Positions 1-13,137 of a DNA stretch of 64,000 nucleotides are shown piece after piece (position 1 is the stretch's first letter; each line of letters starts with the position of its first letter). This DNA is from Vicugna vicugna (lineage: Eukaryota): positions 186,001 through 250,000 of the forward strand of contig MU058444.1 in NCBI GenBank assembly GCA_013265495.1, written 5' to 3'. A model generated the notes under the pieces. It searched no databases, was not told the DNA's origin, and was given only the letters and a program-made list of their open reading frames with translations. The position numbers were made by a program, and so were the translations under genes.

Positions 1-114
1 CTGATATTTAATCTGAGACCTGAGTTATGAGACACTATTAAATAAGCATTAATCAGGAATTATGGCTCAGAGGCTAGGAATACACTAGGAATTATCATCT
101 TTTTTCTCTTGCAG

Positions 115-289
115 ATTGCTCACGGTCCAGTTGAGGAGAGAAATGAATGATGACGACAGAAAGAGGCTAACACCTATTAAGTGTAATGGGAAATATGTGG
201 AATTTGGCCTGAAGACGCTGGTGAAGTTTGGGCACAGGACACGGTGTTTGACAAGGTCCCGAGGGATCCAGAGTTTGCCAGGTGAACAG
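115..289 (+). other. Candidate exon (unknown, possibly non-coding, transcript)
   Basis: Acceptor TTATCATCTTTTTTCTCTTGCAG ends at 114 and donor CAG|GTAAGG lies at 289/290. One frame is open (LLTVQLRREMNDDD...LPGEQ) but I do not recognise the peptide. Confidence 0.3.
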
Positions 290-1226
290 GTAAGGGCATC
301 ATCAGAGTGTGTTTCTCCAATGCGGGGAGGAGTTCAAAATGCCTTTTCGGGAGTCTGTGAGTCCTCAACGGGAGTTGTAAGTTTCCTCTTTGCTTTTAGG
401 ATAATCTTTTTAAAGTCCGTTAAGCGCACCTGGATCACGTGTGAGCTACCTTATCCCCAGACACTGATACACCATGTCAGGACCTACATTTTCAAATGTG
501 TTATGATTGCGGGGTATCAAGTAACACTGTCTTCATTATCTGTTGCTGAACAGGAATTCAGACCCAGTATGTGGAGAGAGATTCTAATTGCTGGATCCTA
601 ATTTCAAGACAAGTAGAAAATTAAACTTGTCATGTGAAATATTCTAATTTTTAAATGTCAGAAACTGATTTTTTTCAACATTGTCTGTGGTAACAAAACA
701 AAAGCGCTGACCACGTGCTCGTGACTCTACTCTAGAATGCCTTTGAACCTCAAGGCATCTTTATCCACCTCATGGCCACAACGTCTCACTGCAGTTAGAA
801 GGGCTTGAGGAAATCTGATTCCTGCAATGCTGACCTTGAAAACCCTAATGTATAAAGCTGACCAAAGAGGACAACAGGGGCCCGAAAGAAACTCAGCAGA
901 AGGAAGGGGTGGTCTGGCTGCTGGCCTGAGCTCACACAAGGAAGATGCTGCCTGGGGAGCAGGAGGGAATGGGGGTGACGCCCTCCGGGACCCGTCGTGC
1001 TCGCCTGAGCTCTGCTTTGGGAAACGTGGCTGAGCCGTGAGGGTGGACTGGAGGGCAGCCCCCGTGGCTCTGGTGAGGGCTTCCCGGGCAGCATCAGGAG
1101 GGTGTGCTCGACCACGGCGTACGGCTGTGACCCAGCAGTGTTGGTGATGAAGCCTTTGGGGTTCCCGGTTTCTCGACCACGTTGTAGGAGTGACGCTCTT
1201 TTGAGTGAGAAACCCCTTTTGTCCTT

Positions 1227-1605
1227 TCCAGTTTTATTGAGATAGAATTGGCATACAGCCCTGTACAAGTTTGAGGTATACCGTGCGATGATACGACTTA
1301 CCTGCATCCTGATGATTGCAGCAAGTTTAGTGAACATTCATCATCTCATAGAGGTGCAAAATTAAAGAGAGAAAAAATAACTTCGATGAGATGAGAGCTC
1401 TTAGGATTTACTCTCTTACCAATTTTCATGTACAACATACAGCAGTGTAAATTACATTTATCACGTTGTGCGTGACATCCTTGGAACTCATTTATCTTAA
1501 TACTAGAAGTTCGTACCTTTTGACTGCCTTCCTCAAATTCCCTCTCCCCTGACCCCCGCCTATGGTAACCACAAATCTGATCTCTTTTTCTATGAGTTTA
1601 TTTGT
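1227..1605 (-). mobile_element. LINE-1 3' end (L1MA9-like), antisense
   Basis: Typical antisense L1 3'UTR motifs: CCAGTTTTATTGAGATA...CTCTTAGGATTTACTCTCTTA...GGTAACCACAAATCTGATCTCTTTTTCTATGAG. Confidence 0.8.
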
Positions 1606-1944
1606 TTGGAGAAGACTCTTTTGATTTGGAAAATTTTGGAGTCTGGATGAGGAGAGGACTAAAGAGGGAGAGTGGACTGTGGCAGAGGCTGCAGGTTACC
1701 CCCGTGGCATCCGCGATCTCTTCCTTAGCATCAGCCCTCTCCGGGTTTTACCTGTGCTCACTGCCTCCCAGAACAGAGCCTCACTTCCCAGCTCCTCTTG
1801 CAGCTGAGTGTGCTGTGACTAAGTGTCATTTAAAGGGCAGAGAAAAACTGATTTTTAAAAATTGAGTGGTGCCAATAGCTTTATCTATTCATGTTTGAAA
1901 TCAACAATCATAGATCTTGCACATTTCTTGTTAAGTTTATTCCT

Positions 1945-1997
1945 GATATAGATGGATAGATAGATGGATGGATGGATGGATAGATAGATATAGATAA
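1945..1997. repeat. (GATA/GATG)n compound microsatellite
   Basis: Directly visible tandem tetramers. Confidence 0.9.
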
Positions 1998-2289
1998 CTA
2001 TCAAACATCATTCTAATTGATCATAAACAATACATGACAGCTATTGATTTAAATATATCTGGTTCCTACTTATCCATCTTACCAGGCTCAAAAGACCTAA
2101 TAATTTAATCGATTGTCTTCAAAGTTATTAAGCTTTGATTTAACAAAACTCATTTTGTCTCTCTTTTCATCTATGAAGCTAGTAAGTATGCAATTGAGAA
2201 GATTAGAACCATAGAAAAAATTGACCTTAACAACCAAGGGCAGGCATTATTGTTTTACTTGTGTCAGTTTTCATTCCTTTTTATAAGTC

Positions 2290-2440
2290 TTTTTTCTAAA
2301 TTGAAGAATTGTAGACTTACAGTATTGCACCCGTGTCAGGTGTACAACATAGGGGTTCAATACTTTTACATAGTGCGGAGTAACCACCACTGAATCCAGT
2401 TACCTTCGGTCACCATACAAAGCGATGACAAGATACATTT
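2290..2440 (-). mobile_element. Short L1 3' fragment, antisense
   Basis: TTTTTCTAAATTGAAG...TCAGGTGTACAACATAG...GTCACCATACAAAG. Confidence 0.6.
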
Positions 2441-2829
2441 GCACAGCTTCTTTTACATAATTGTAATCATGCAGCATAATTAACTGGTATACTTTTTAAA
2501 CAAGTAAATGTATTTGCTCAAACCATTTTGCTAGAGGTATCTTTGTCTTATAAGGAACCATGTGCTTCTCACTAAAGGGCAGAGATGCTAATGTCACTTC
2601 TACACTGAGATTATGGAGTTCAGTTCAGTCCTCCTTTTGCTGCCAGCCTGGCTTGCTGGCATTTACACCACCTGGTTATAGTTCAGCGTAGCAAAGCCAT
2701 CTACCATACATAGCTGCTGACCTCACCACACGCTCAGCCCTTCCATTCCAGGCCTCTGCCAGAATTTCTCTCAGGGCACAGGGGACGTGGAGGTGGCTGT
2801 GGCTTTATGATTCCATTTAAAAGGCCAAC

Positions 2830-3358
2830 TAGCCAAGACATGGAAGCAGCCTCAATGTCCATCGACAGATAATTAGATAAAGAAGTTGTGGTATATTTAT
2901 ACAATGGAATACTACTCAGCCATAAAAAAGAATGACATAATGCCATTTGCAGCAACATGGATGGACCTAGAGATGATCATATTAAGTAAAGTAAGTCACT
3001 TATATGTGGAATCTGAAAAAGTGATACAAATGAACTTATTTACAAAACAGAAAGAGACTCACAGACATAGAAAACAAATTTATGGTTACTAAAGGGGAAT
3101 GGGATGGGAAGGATAAATTAGGAATATAGGATTAGCAGATACAAACCATTATATATAAAATAGATAAAAAAACAAGGTCCTACCATACAGCACAGGGAAG
3201 TATATTCAATATCTTCTAATAACCTATAATGAAAAAATATATGATAAAGGATATGTGTATATATGTATAACTGAGTCACTCCACAGTACACCAGAAACAC
3301 ATTGTAAATAGACGAGACTTCAACAAAAATTAATTAAAGCTTCAACTTAAAAAAAAAA
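2830..3358 (+). mobile_element. 5'-truncated L1 (ORF2 C-terminus + 3'UTR + polyA)
   Basis: Translates to [33 protein letters not shown] (L1 ORF2 end), followed by 3'UTR and an A-tail. Confidence 0.92.
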
Positions 3359-4619
3359 TGCTGACCAGATCATGACATGATGCAGATTCCGAAGAACATT
3401 TTCAGAAACCATTTCTCACTTGGCTCTTGTTCGCACAAATGTGTATGTGGGTTGGTTTGGATGGGCTGATTTGTTTTTCTCTGTATTACTTTACATTTGA
3501 TTTCCTCACTTGTTGGCTTTGTTACCTGTATGGACTGGTCTTTCAATCCTCCAGCCCTCTACTCGTTCACCTTAACAAAGGACTTCAGGTCCTTGGCCTC
3601 CTACACAAACTAGGAATCCCCACCCTTTTATCCACCCGGCCAGCTACGTCCCAGCACGTGCAGGGCTGGGGCAAGCGTGGGAACGGAGGCCCGCACATCG
3701 TAAGTCCAAGCATTTTAAAGGCCCAGCAGGGCTCTGTGCACACGCCTGTGAACACCCGAGTCGGCATGTCCCAGCTCCCTGCAGGCTCCTTCCCGAAAGC
3801 CACCTGTGACCTCCTTTGGGGCCTAAAGGTGCACACAGTGGTGGCACACTCTGGTCTAGGAAGGCTGGGGCTTGTGTGGGAAATACCAGGATCCTGGACC
3901 CCCTGGAGTTAATGATTGGGGAAGTGCTGTGGGCTCCGGTGCACATGGCCCCTGGGCCCACAGACTCCCGGCTCCTCCAGAAGGGGCGTGGCTGGAGGGA
4001 GGAGGCCCTGCAGACTCCGGGCCTGGGGCCTCTCTTGCCTGAGCCTAAGCGTGGTCCTGCCCTTGGCACTCCCTGTTTCCCTTATCCTGCTTAATAGAAA
4101 GTACCTACCCGTCTCCAACATCTTCTGTTTCTAAGTATGTATGTATCTGCCTCTCATTAATTTCCATGAGGAAGGAACTTTACTTTGTTCAGCGCTTTAT
4201 TCCCAGCACCCAGAGGTACTCTGAAGAAAGTAGAGGCTTACTCAACATTTACAGAATGAATGGAAAGAGTCTGAACTATTTTGAAAAACAGATAACAACA
4301 TTAGTGGAGGGGTCACACTGAAATCATAGGAGATCTGAAAAGTTACTCCAATATGTACAGCTAAAGCTATGCATTTTCCTTTAAGTATGATTTTGGCTAC
4401 ATAGACAGCAAATGTAAAGCACTTAGAAAAGTCCGGGCCCATAGTAGGTACCCCCTTTTAAAGTGTGCTGCCATGTATCATATAAAAAGTCCTTAAAATG
4501 AGAAGAATTGCCTTAATATTATCTTGACTAAGCATTTCCTAGTGATATTTCCATATATAGTTACTTTTCTTGTCATCAAGTTAAATTCTTTTTCCCAATT
4601 TTTATTTATTTTCTTTTTT

Positions 4620-4870
4620 TTATTATTATTGTTTTTTGTTTGTTTGTTTGTTTTTTAAAGAGTGGTTTTAGGTTCACAGCAAAATGAAGAGGAAGGAACA
4701 GAAATTTCCCATTTACTCCCTTCCCGCAGCACATGCCCAGCCTCCCCCACTAATCCCCATCCCCACCAGATGGTACATTTGGTGCAATTGATGAACCTAT
4801 GCTGACGCATCCAAGTCACCCAAAGTCCGTGGTTTACATCAGGGTTCGCTCCTGGTGTGGGACCTTCCAT
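4620..4870 (-). mobile_element. Old L1 (L1MC-like) 3' end, antisense
   Basis: TTTTAGGTTCACAGCAAAATGAAGAGGAAGG...CCCACCAGATGGTACATTTG...CACCCAAAGTCCGTGGTTTACATCAGGGTTC. Confidence 0.8.
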
Positions 4871-6864
4871 GGGATTTTCTTACTGTTACTGCTGTTTGTC
4901 TCATTTTTATTCCTTCTCAGCCTGGGCTGCTCTTTAGAGCTGGGAGGCTTGGTACCTGATACCAGGGCTTCAGCCCAAGCCAATTATGTCAGAGTCTCTA
5001 AAGTGTGAGACCGCAGACAGCAGGTACTTGAACGTTCCCCAGGTGACTCCAAGGTACAGCCAATATTGAGATTTAAAAACTGACAAAATTGTCCTCTCTC
5101 GCGGAGAGCATGCAGGGGCGAGAAAGGCAGTAAAACAAACACAAGTCCTTCATCAGATGGCGATCTGTGCTGTGCAGAGAAAGAAACCAGAGCGAGGGGG
5201 ACAAGGGAGCACAGGGAGGAGAGGATTTAGCCAGGCCTCTGACTGAGAGTGAATGCACCACAGAGTCAAGCTTGTTAAACAGGAAATGTCAGGCAGATGA
5301 GTAGTGTGCATTGCACAGAGATGCTCGCATGGCTGTCATGCAGCTAACAAACATGAAGTGTGATATTCAGCCTTTTCTCCATTCATCTGTAGTGGTTCGA
5401 GAATGCTTTTGAAGAACCTGGGGAATTATAAATATATTTTAAATAAATTAGTGACCTGCGTACTATCCACATCTTCTTTTGGCTTCCCCTGCATCACAAA
5501 TAAAATCTAAATGCCAACATGAAAATAATAGTTCACCCGACAGATGGACTGTCACACTCAAAACCTAAATTTTGGATTAATGTGTATTAAGAAAGTCTAG
5601 ACCAAGAGGGCATTTATTGACAAACTGAAGTAGACACACTCATTAGTCTCATTTCTTCTAATTCTCTCATGCAGTTGTACCTCCTGCTCTTTAAACAAGC
5701 ATTGATGATTACTTTTTAGTCCACATGAAGGAGTATGTGGGGGAAAAATTAATGAATAATAATAATAAAAAAGACTGAAATGTGCTTTACTACAGAGCAG
5801 GCATTATGTAAGGCAGACATCATACTGACCCACACCACCAAGTCCATCGGAAAGGTTCACATTGAAACATGCTGGTTATGCATTCTTTTCAATTCTATAT
5901 TTGCATATACAAGCAAGATCTGTTTCTATAAATACACAGTACATAAAACTCTTCCACACACACACACACGACTTCTGCATACTGATCATGTCTTGCCTTC
6001 CTGCCTCCCAGGCAAAACAACTTAAATGATATCCAAACCATTTTAAACTGTCCGTAGACACTATGCAACGAAAGTGACTGGCATTTGGGAAACGCAGTAG
6101 CAATGTGATGGCCGTGATACGACACGAAAACAATACCAACGCATGCATGGAGTTGTATGTATGTGGTTGAGAGATGATGATGTCTATGGAAAAGGTCTTT
6201 TTTTCGGTGGGACTTTGACCTTTTAATTGACACCAGACTTTAAAATGACAGTAGCACAAAGCCGTGGCCCCTGGAAGATTGGGCCTGACGTTCAAAGTGC
6301 AAATTTTAACCTCAGAGTGTTCTTAAAGGGTCAAACAAAAAATACTAGATGTTTCATTTGTCTCAGCAAAATAACAAGCTTTAAGAAGTGTTTTCCCCGG
6401 TAAAGCTGATTTCGGTTTCTCTGTGAGAAGGAGAATCCCTTAGTGGCATGTAACACATCTCCTGCCGGGGGTGGGACTGGGTGTCTGTATCTACCAACTG
6501 TTTAGTAATCCTCTCCACTTCCTTTAGGATTTAAATGATTTGAACCATCTAACCGGAAAATCAGTGAGTACTTCCTTTATCCTAGCCACTCCCTACCTGC
6601 CACTTCCCAGACATCCTGGAGGCAGCCCAAGGGTCTAATATTTCTGTTTCCTAGGCCTCAAAGCTGAGGCGTTGCGGACTGTCTCTGTGGAAATAAAATG
6701 AACACCTATGGTGCCCTTTCCCATGCTCCGCTTTTCCCCTGGGTTGAACGAACACTCATGCTCTGGAGCAGGCGATCCGGGGGCAAAGGCCCCCAAGAGG
6801 AGATGGCGTCTGAACTGAGCATGAGTAACCAGGACTGGGTTCCAGGAGGGGAGCAGCAGTCCCT

Positions 6865-6883
6865 TGTCCAGCAGGGGGCGCTC
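6865..6883 (+). promoter_or_regulatory. CTCF core motif (consensus match)
   Basis: TGTCCAGCAGGGGGCGCTC matches CCASYAGRKGGCRS with no mismatch and keeps its CpG. Confidence 0.55.
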
Positions 6884-9289
6884 TCCGGGGAGGGCTGCCA
6901 CAGAGTCAGGCTACTGACCTCCGTGTTCCTTCAAGGGAAATCTGTGCCTAACGGTGGGTGTGTAGGGTGCTGTCTCCTGCCCTCCTCAGCCCTGCCGTCT
7001 CTCTCAAGCCTCCGTCCCCTTGTTCAGCTACATCTCTTTAAACAGAGGAAGAGGCAAGACTCCCCTCCTGCCCAGAGTTTGGGGAGAAGAGATCACCTTC
7101 CCTTCTCCCACTGGGTCATCTCCTTACAGTGACCAAGGGGTGGCGGTGGGTGGGTGAGAAGCAGAGTTGCTGGCTCTTGAGCTGATGCTTCCCCACCAGC
7201 CCTGCGGGGAGGTGGCTGGATGTGATGGTGCCTTCCTCCTCTTCTTTGGGCTGTAGCAGGAGAAAGCATTTGCCTGGTACCCTGTGACTCTGCGATACGA
7301 ACGACCATCTTGGGAGTGTTGGAGGCTGAGCTTTGTGAGCCCCTCAAGCCATGAAAACTGGATGACTTTGGAGTGACTGTGGCTGCAGTCGCCCACGTGA
7401 CTGATGCTCGGCGTGAACGTGGGATGCGGGCTTGGGATTCCACCCTTGCTCAAGTGGAAATGAGCAAAAATGTCTGCAAATGGCAGCTGAAAGTGTTCAA
7501 AGTCTAGACGAGGCTTTGGCCATTGGGAAGCGAGCCAAGCTCAGTGGATTACTTTGCACCTGTTCCTCTGAAGAATCTTAAAATGACAATCTCAAGGGAG
7601 CAGAAACAGTCACATGCTTGAATAAGTCGGGGTTCGCAAGTGGAATAAAACAATGAAATCTGTGAGTTTTTGAGGCATATTGGTCAGAAGTTGGTGAAGA
7701 TTTCATATTTTTTTTCCCTTCAAACCAGCTAACGGCTTCACTTTTCTTTCGCCTCAGTGGTAAAGGGCCTCACTTATTAAGATAACTCCATAGATTGGAG
7801 CTTTACTAAGTGGTGATCTCAGCCGTGGAATATTTAATATGAATATTTAATATTTATTTAAATATTTATTATTTATTTGAATATTGAAAAACACTGCCTG
7901 GAACTGTACCCACAAAAGCAGCAATGAGGGCATTCAGTTCTAAGGAGCAGATTAGACTGAGTGCAGCCCCTACTATGAGACACCATAACAGACCCCACAG
8001 AAGGCTCCTCCTCTCCAGTGAATGGTACTTGTGATGGAGAGCGGGCTGAGACGTGCAGCAGGACAGAGTGACAAGGGAGCATCAGCCCCGAGCCTCATCC
8101 TGGCTGTCTCCTACGAATTCTGGAATATTACAGATCGAGAACCAAAACTGTTTGCTCTCAACTGGCACGAAGCTAAGGCTTCTTCATTTGTTGCGAACAG
8201 CCTGCCAAGGCTAAAAAAAGAGTCCATTTCATCTGCAGCTTAGATGACTGATTAAGTCGGCTCCAATTTGAGCTGTTTCAAACAACTGCACTAAAATTAA
8301 CCAAACAGCCACGTTACTTAAAAAAAAATGTAGCAGGCCATCGATAAATATATGCTGAATGGAAGCACAGGGCTGTCTGAACTGATGCTTGTGAGGTGAG
8401 CAGGGACACATCAGGAGGAAGTGAGAAGCGCTGTTGGGTTTCATGCTTGTGGTTGGAGGCTCTGCTGACACCAGCTCACGGCACGCAGCATCCGTTCAGT
8501 TCCCCAGCCTGCATCCCAGCAGTGCTTCTGGATTCCTGCTGCCAGTTCCATCTTCATAACCTACCAGCACGTCGGGCCAGGTCCATTGCCAAGTATAACC
8601 AGGTTTGTCTGCTTTCCCCAGCATCGCTGCCCCCAGACCACCCCAACAGCTTTATATGAGGTGGCAATCACTTACATCTACTTTTCCATGGAAGACTAAG
8701 GACCCTGGAATGTAGCATGTACAATGAAAATCTGAATGGAGAAGCTATTTGTCGTCCGTGTAACACAGCCCTATAGGCCACCATTAGATAAGCTGTTTAG
8801 GGAATCTTGCTTCGTCTTAAAGTAAGACAGAGGATCATTCTAAATTTTAAATAGTTGTGCTAATTATTCTTAAAGAAAAAATGTTTACTGTTCATTAAAA
8901 TTGTGACGTATCTTTGTAACAGCAATAGATAGAAATCATGAATGTTAGTCGATATGGTTAAATAGCCATCTTCACAGACGGCCAAGTAAAGTTTAGGAAA
9001 ACTGTCACTACAAGGTCACGAAAGTAATTTACATCCGTGTTCACTGAATGACTAGTCTCAGTTTTGTAAACTAGAGAAACCACAGTGACCAGATCCTTAT
9101 ATCAGAAGAACAAGAGTGGTATTGGAATGCTTGTAATCTGTATTTTGATCGAGGGTCCTACAGTGAATTTTGAAAGGCTTTATTTAGACTATGTATGTAC
9201 TTCATATATGCTAATTAATAAAACTGAATTTTTTTTAAAAAGAAGGGGCTTCCTCTCAACCCCACTTCCAGCCACCTGAATAGCCTCAC

Positions 9290-9700
9290 GCCACGTCTCC
9301 GCTTAGCACCCGTCAGAGCCCCCTGCCCCCTTCCCTCACCTCTTCTTGGACCTCGTACCCCCGGCGCCGGGCACATCGGACACGCGGGGCACGCTGCCGG
9401 CTTTTGTTCCTCTGACGTGCCCCGTGGCCTTCGCACTGCTGTTCCCTGTGCCTTGCGTGTTGCCGGCGTGGCTCAGTGCTGCTCCTCTCTCAAACGTCCT
9501 CTCCCTAGAGATGCCCTCCAGCGCCTCCTGACGCACCGCTCGGTCACCTGCATTGAGCGACTTGCTGGATTCCTTTCAGAGCTTTCTTACAAGCGGCCGT
9601 TCTCGGCCTGCTTACGTCTCTCTGAGAGAGGCGGTGACTGCATCCGGCCTACACACTGCCATTCCCCCGCGCCCTCTCACTCTCCACTAATAATGAGTGA
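9290..9700 (+). mobile_element. L2 3' region, unusually CpG-rich
   Basis: L2-like motifs GGCCTTCGCACTGCTGTTCCCTGTGCC...CTCTCTCAAACGTCCTCTCCCTAGAGATGCCCTCC. Confidence 0.5.
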
Positions 9701-10534
9701 GTCAGTGAAATGGGTGCTCCTTTCCCCTGCCATTTCCTTCTATTTGGATTGTGACCAAAGAAAAAAATCCCGATAGCATAACAGGTGACAGTTTGTAGGA
9801 AACTGAGACCACCTGCTCCCTTCCCCTCACGGAGGGATGGGGAGGTGGGGGCTGCAGTTCCAGGGTGATTTGCCCAACGTCACAGCTCATCTGGGCAGAG
9901 TCAGAACCAAGCCAGGCCTCCTGAGTCTGTCTGGAGAACCCTCCCTCCGAAATCTGTGGGCAGGGCCAGGGGCCAGAACAATTGGGTTTTGTGGCTGAGT
10001 GAACAGTAGAAAGGAATTTGTGATAAAAAGGTAGAAGGAAAGCTTGGGAAGAAATCATTAGAAGTTCTCTTAAAATCACAGGGATAGGGAACAAGATCCG
10101 GGAATAGGAAGGGAAAAATCTGTGTGTGCGGAGGAGCAGCCAGCGGCAGCCGGGGAGTAACGCGCTCAGCTCAGCCTGCCGGCTTTGCCCCAGGGGCTCC
10201 GTGATGGGCTGTGTGTGCGGGAGGGGTGTGGAGGCTGCCCTGTGAGGCGGTGTGAGGAGGGCCGGGGCGGGGAGGGAGGCGGACCCCACCTGCAGACACC
10301 CGCAGGCACTCCTCCAATGCTCTTCTGGACAAACGCTGCACTTTTCATAGAGTTGGAGTCAGCCCGGGGTGGGGGGGTCAGCTTGAGTCCCCCCGACATA
10401 AACCCTCAGAATCCGGTTGGGTCTTGGGTTACACCAAATATATAGTGAATTTGAGTAATGATCAGTGCTGAGCAGGTCTCTTCTGAATGGAGAAATGACA
10501 GAAAAAGCATTTGGATTGCTTCTTTTTTCAAATG

Positions 10535-10915
10535 TATTTTTATTGAAGTATAGTCAGTTTACAATGCTGTGTCAATTTCTGGTGCACAGCGCAATACTTC
10601 AGTCACACAGGAACATACATAGCTTCATTTTCATACTCTTTTTAATCATAAATTGCTACAAGATACTGAGTATAGTTCCCTGTGCTGTACAGTATAGACT
10701 TGTTGTTTATCTATTTTATATAAATTAGTTAGTATCTGCAAATCTCGAACTCCCAATTAATCCCTTTCCACCATCTTCCCCCCTTGTAACCATGTTTGTT
10801 TTCTATGTCTGTGAGTCTGTTTCTGTTTTGTAAATAGTTTGTTTGTCTTTTTTTTTTTTGGTTCCACATATAAGTGATATCACATGATATTTTGCTTTCT
10901 CTTTGTGGCTTACTG
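10535..10915 (-). mobile_element. L1 3'UTR fragment, antisense
   Basis: TTTTTATTGAAGTATAGTCAGTTTACAATG...TATAGTTCCCTGTGCTGTACAGTA...TTCCACATATAAGTGATATCAC. Confidence 0.92.
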
Positions 10916-11944
10916 GGTTTTTCTAAATGTGTCCTCTTTTTCTCCCAAAGCCGTGCCCAGGGTTTGACTGTTCAAGCAGACAGTGACTCAGGACGTGATG
11001 AGGAAAAGAGGGAGCTGGCCCACTGGCTGGGATTGTGCACTATGTCCACACACCTGTGCACACACACACCTTTCTTCTTCTTGATGTGGACTCCAGGTGG
11101 TGATGGATTGCATGTGGGACCTAAAGATTCTTAAGTACTCTGGTCCCTGGGGTGGGATCCTCGAATTTGCCATTGAGTTAGGAAGGAAATTCAGGACTGG
11201 GTTGGAAAACCAGGGCAATGGGAAAAGTGAGGACATTAATATCAAGGATGAATATAGAGAGAGGAATCAGGAGGGTAGCAAGCACTACCCCCCCCCAAAA
11301 GGGAGAACTCTGAATCAGAGGACCTTTGGAAGGTGGGAAGACCCCTCAGGGGTGCGTCAGTCTACTTCAGTGGCTTATCCTTCCCATGCAATAGGCTTGA
11401 GGGGTGCTGTTCTGGATAAAAATAATAAAAACCAACCAACAAAAAAATCTTTCCAAGGGACCCGCTGAAGTCTGACCTGCTTTCTTTGCAGGTCACCCTG
11501 ACCCCAGAGGAATCTTCTGAAAAACAGCAATACAAGATCCTAAGACTTGGCTTATTTTTGGTGGGAGAGAGTAGAATGGAACTTCCTCTGGCTCACTGCG
11601 CTGGCTGGCGGCGATCGCTGCTGTTACATTTCAGTTCAGTTCACTTCACAGAAGATGAACGTCTTAAATAGACTGGGCAGGAGGGAAGGGAGTAACGAGG
11701 GCTTTCGGGCAGGAGGACTGCTCCCGCGATCCCTTCCTCTTCCGCCCTAGCTGGTGGTCTGTGTCCCTTACTCTCCTGGCCCGTGTGACCACGGAGATGA
11801 GGGCGCAGGCTCGGGACCCCCGGGAGGAGGGTGTCCACGTGGAGAGGCAGCCTGTTGTGGGTCAGGAGGTCTGTCCACGCCAGGCAGGCGGTCAAAGCAC
11901 AGGTGGGGGGAGGGGAGCTCCCACCAGTCAGTGTCACTGTAACT

Positions 11945-11963
11945 CTGTGTGTGTGTGTGTGTG
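11945..11963. repeat. (TG)n microsatellite
   Basis: Directly visible. Confidence 0.9.
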
Positions 11964-12656
11964 CGCGCACGAAGATAACCGAATAGAGCGCTTTTCACTG
12001 AGAACCAGGGAGCAGTGACGTGTCATCAGTGAAGGACTCTAATTCTAAATACCATCTTTTACTAAAAGGAACTGGGGATCACTGACGAATCTGGCTGATT
12101 CCAGGGCTGGGCCAAGGAAAACAGCCAGCGGTGACCCTGTGTTTGTATTCAGCTTTTCTTGGAGGTCTTCCATTGCTAGAACGTTCTTGTTCTCCAACTG
12201 CCCAACTCCAACTGTGTGATTCGCTCCTCCTGCCCCTCCAGCCCAGCACCCAACAGGTGAACGAACGAATGAATGAATGAATGGCATTTTCATTTTCATC
12301 TTTTGCACACCTATTTTGAAAACACAGAAAGCTTCAGAAAACTTTTACCTTAAATCGTAAAGGAACACTTCTATGCTTAATATTTTAGCAGGAATATTAT
12401 TTTCAGCCAGTTCATTAGTGTGACCCAGACATTGGAACCAGAACACATCTTTATTGAATATTTTGAGGGAAGAGGGTAATTACAGAAGTCATTTTTTTTC
12501 TTTCTTTATAAAAGCATTAGAAGATGCTCCACATTTTAAATGTTAGTGGAAAGTTAAAAAACCAGTTTAATTTTTCTTTTACTCTGTTATCGGTGTGGGC
12601 CCAGAGATTTCCATGAAATTTTTCATATGTTCAAGTCTCGCATACTATATGGGAAA

Positions 12657-12860
12657 CTTTTTCTTTTCTTTTTTTAAATTTTTTTTTTTATTTTTAAGAT
12701 TATCTTTCTATGCCTGTTTCCTCTTTTATCTTTCTTTTCGTTCTTTCTCTCCCCCCCCCCACCCCGCCACCCGCTCTTGTCGTGGGAGGTGCTGGGGATG
12801 GAACCCAGGACCTCGTGCGTGCTAAGCATGTGCTTTACCACTGAGCTCTACCCTGCCCCC
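12657..12860 (-). mobile_element. tRNA-Ala-derived SINE (camelid vic-1-like), antisense, long pyrimidine tail
   Basis: GGAGGTGCTGGGGATGGAACCCAGGACCTCGTGCGTGCTAAGCATGTGCTTTACCACTGAGCTCTACCC is the reverse complement of a tRNA-like head with A and B boxes. Confidence 0.85.
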
Positions 12861-13137
12861 ACCTTTTCTTTTAAAGTTGACTCCCCGCTGACACTGCCAG
12901 TCTATTGGGACCACAGGGAAGTGGAGAGCCTGCCTGGAGAGAGTCACAGCTGGAAACGCACCGCCCCCCCCATCCCCTCTCCGGGTAGACGACACCTCAT
13001 CTGTCTGTCACCCAAGACAGAAAGCTGCTGGCTGTGATAGGTGACTCTCTCCTTCGTGCCTCCCACAAAACTCCCTCATGCACACAATGAAACCCATCAT
13101 CTTATCATGCCTCTTAAATTCCTCTGATCTCTGCCCG

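Noticed and set aside
116..601. 161-aa single-exon CDS
   Set aside because: Begins at TTG, has no recognisable homology and reads through a strong splice donor; at best the 115-289 exon candidate
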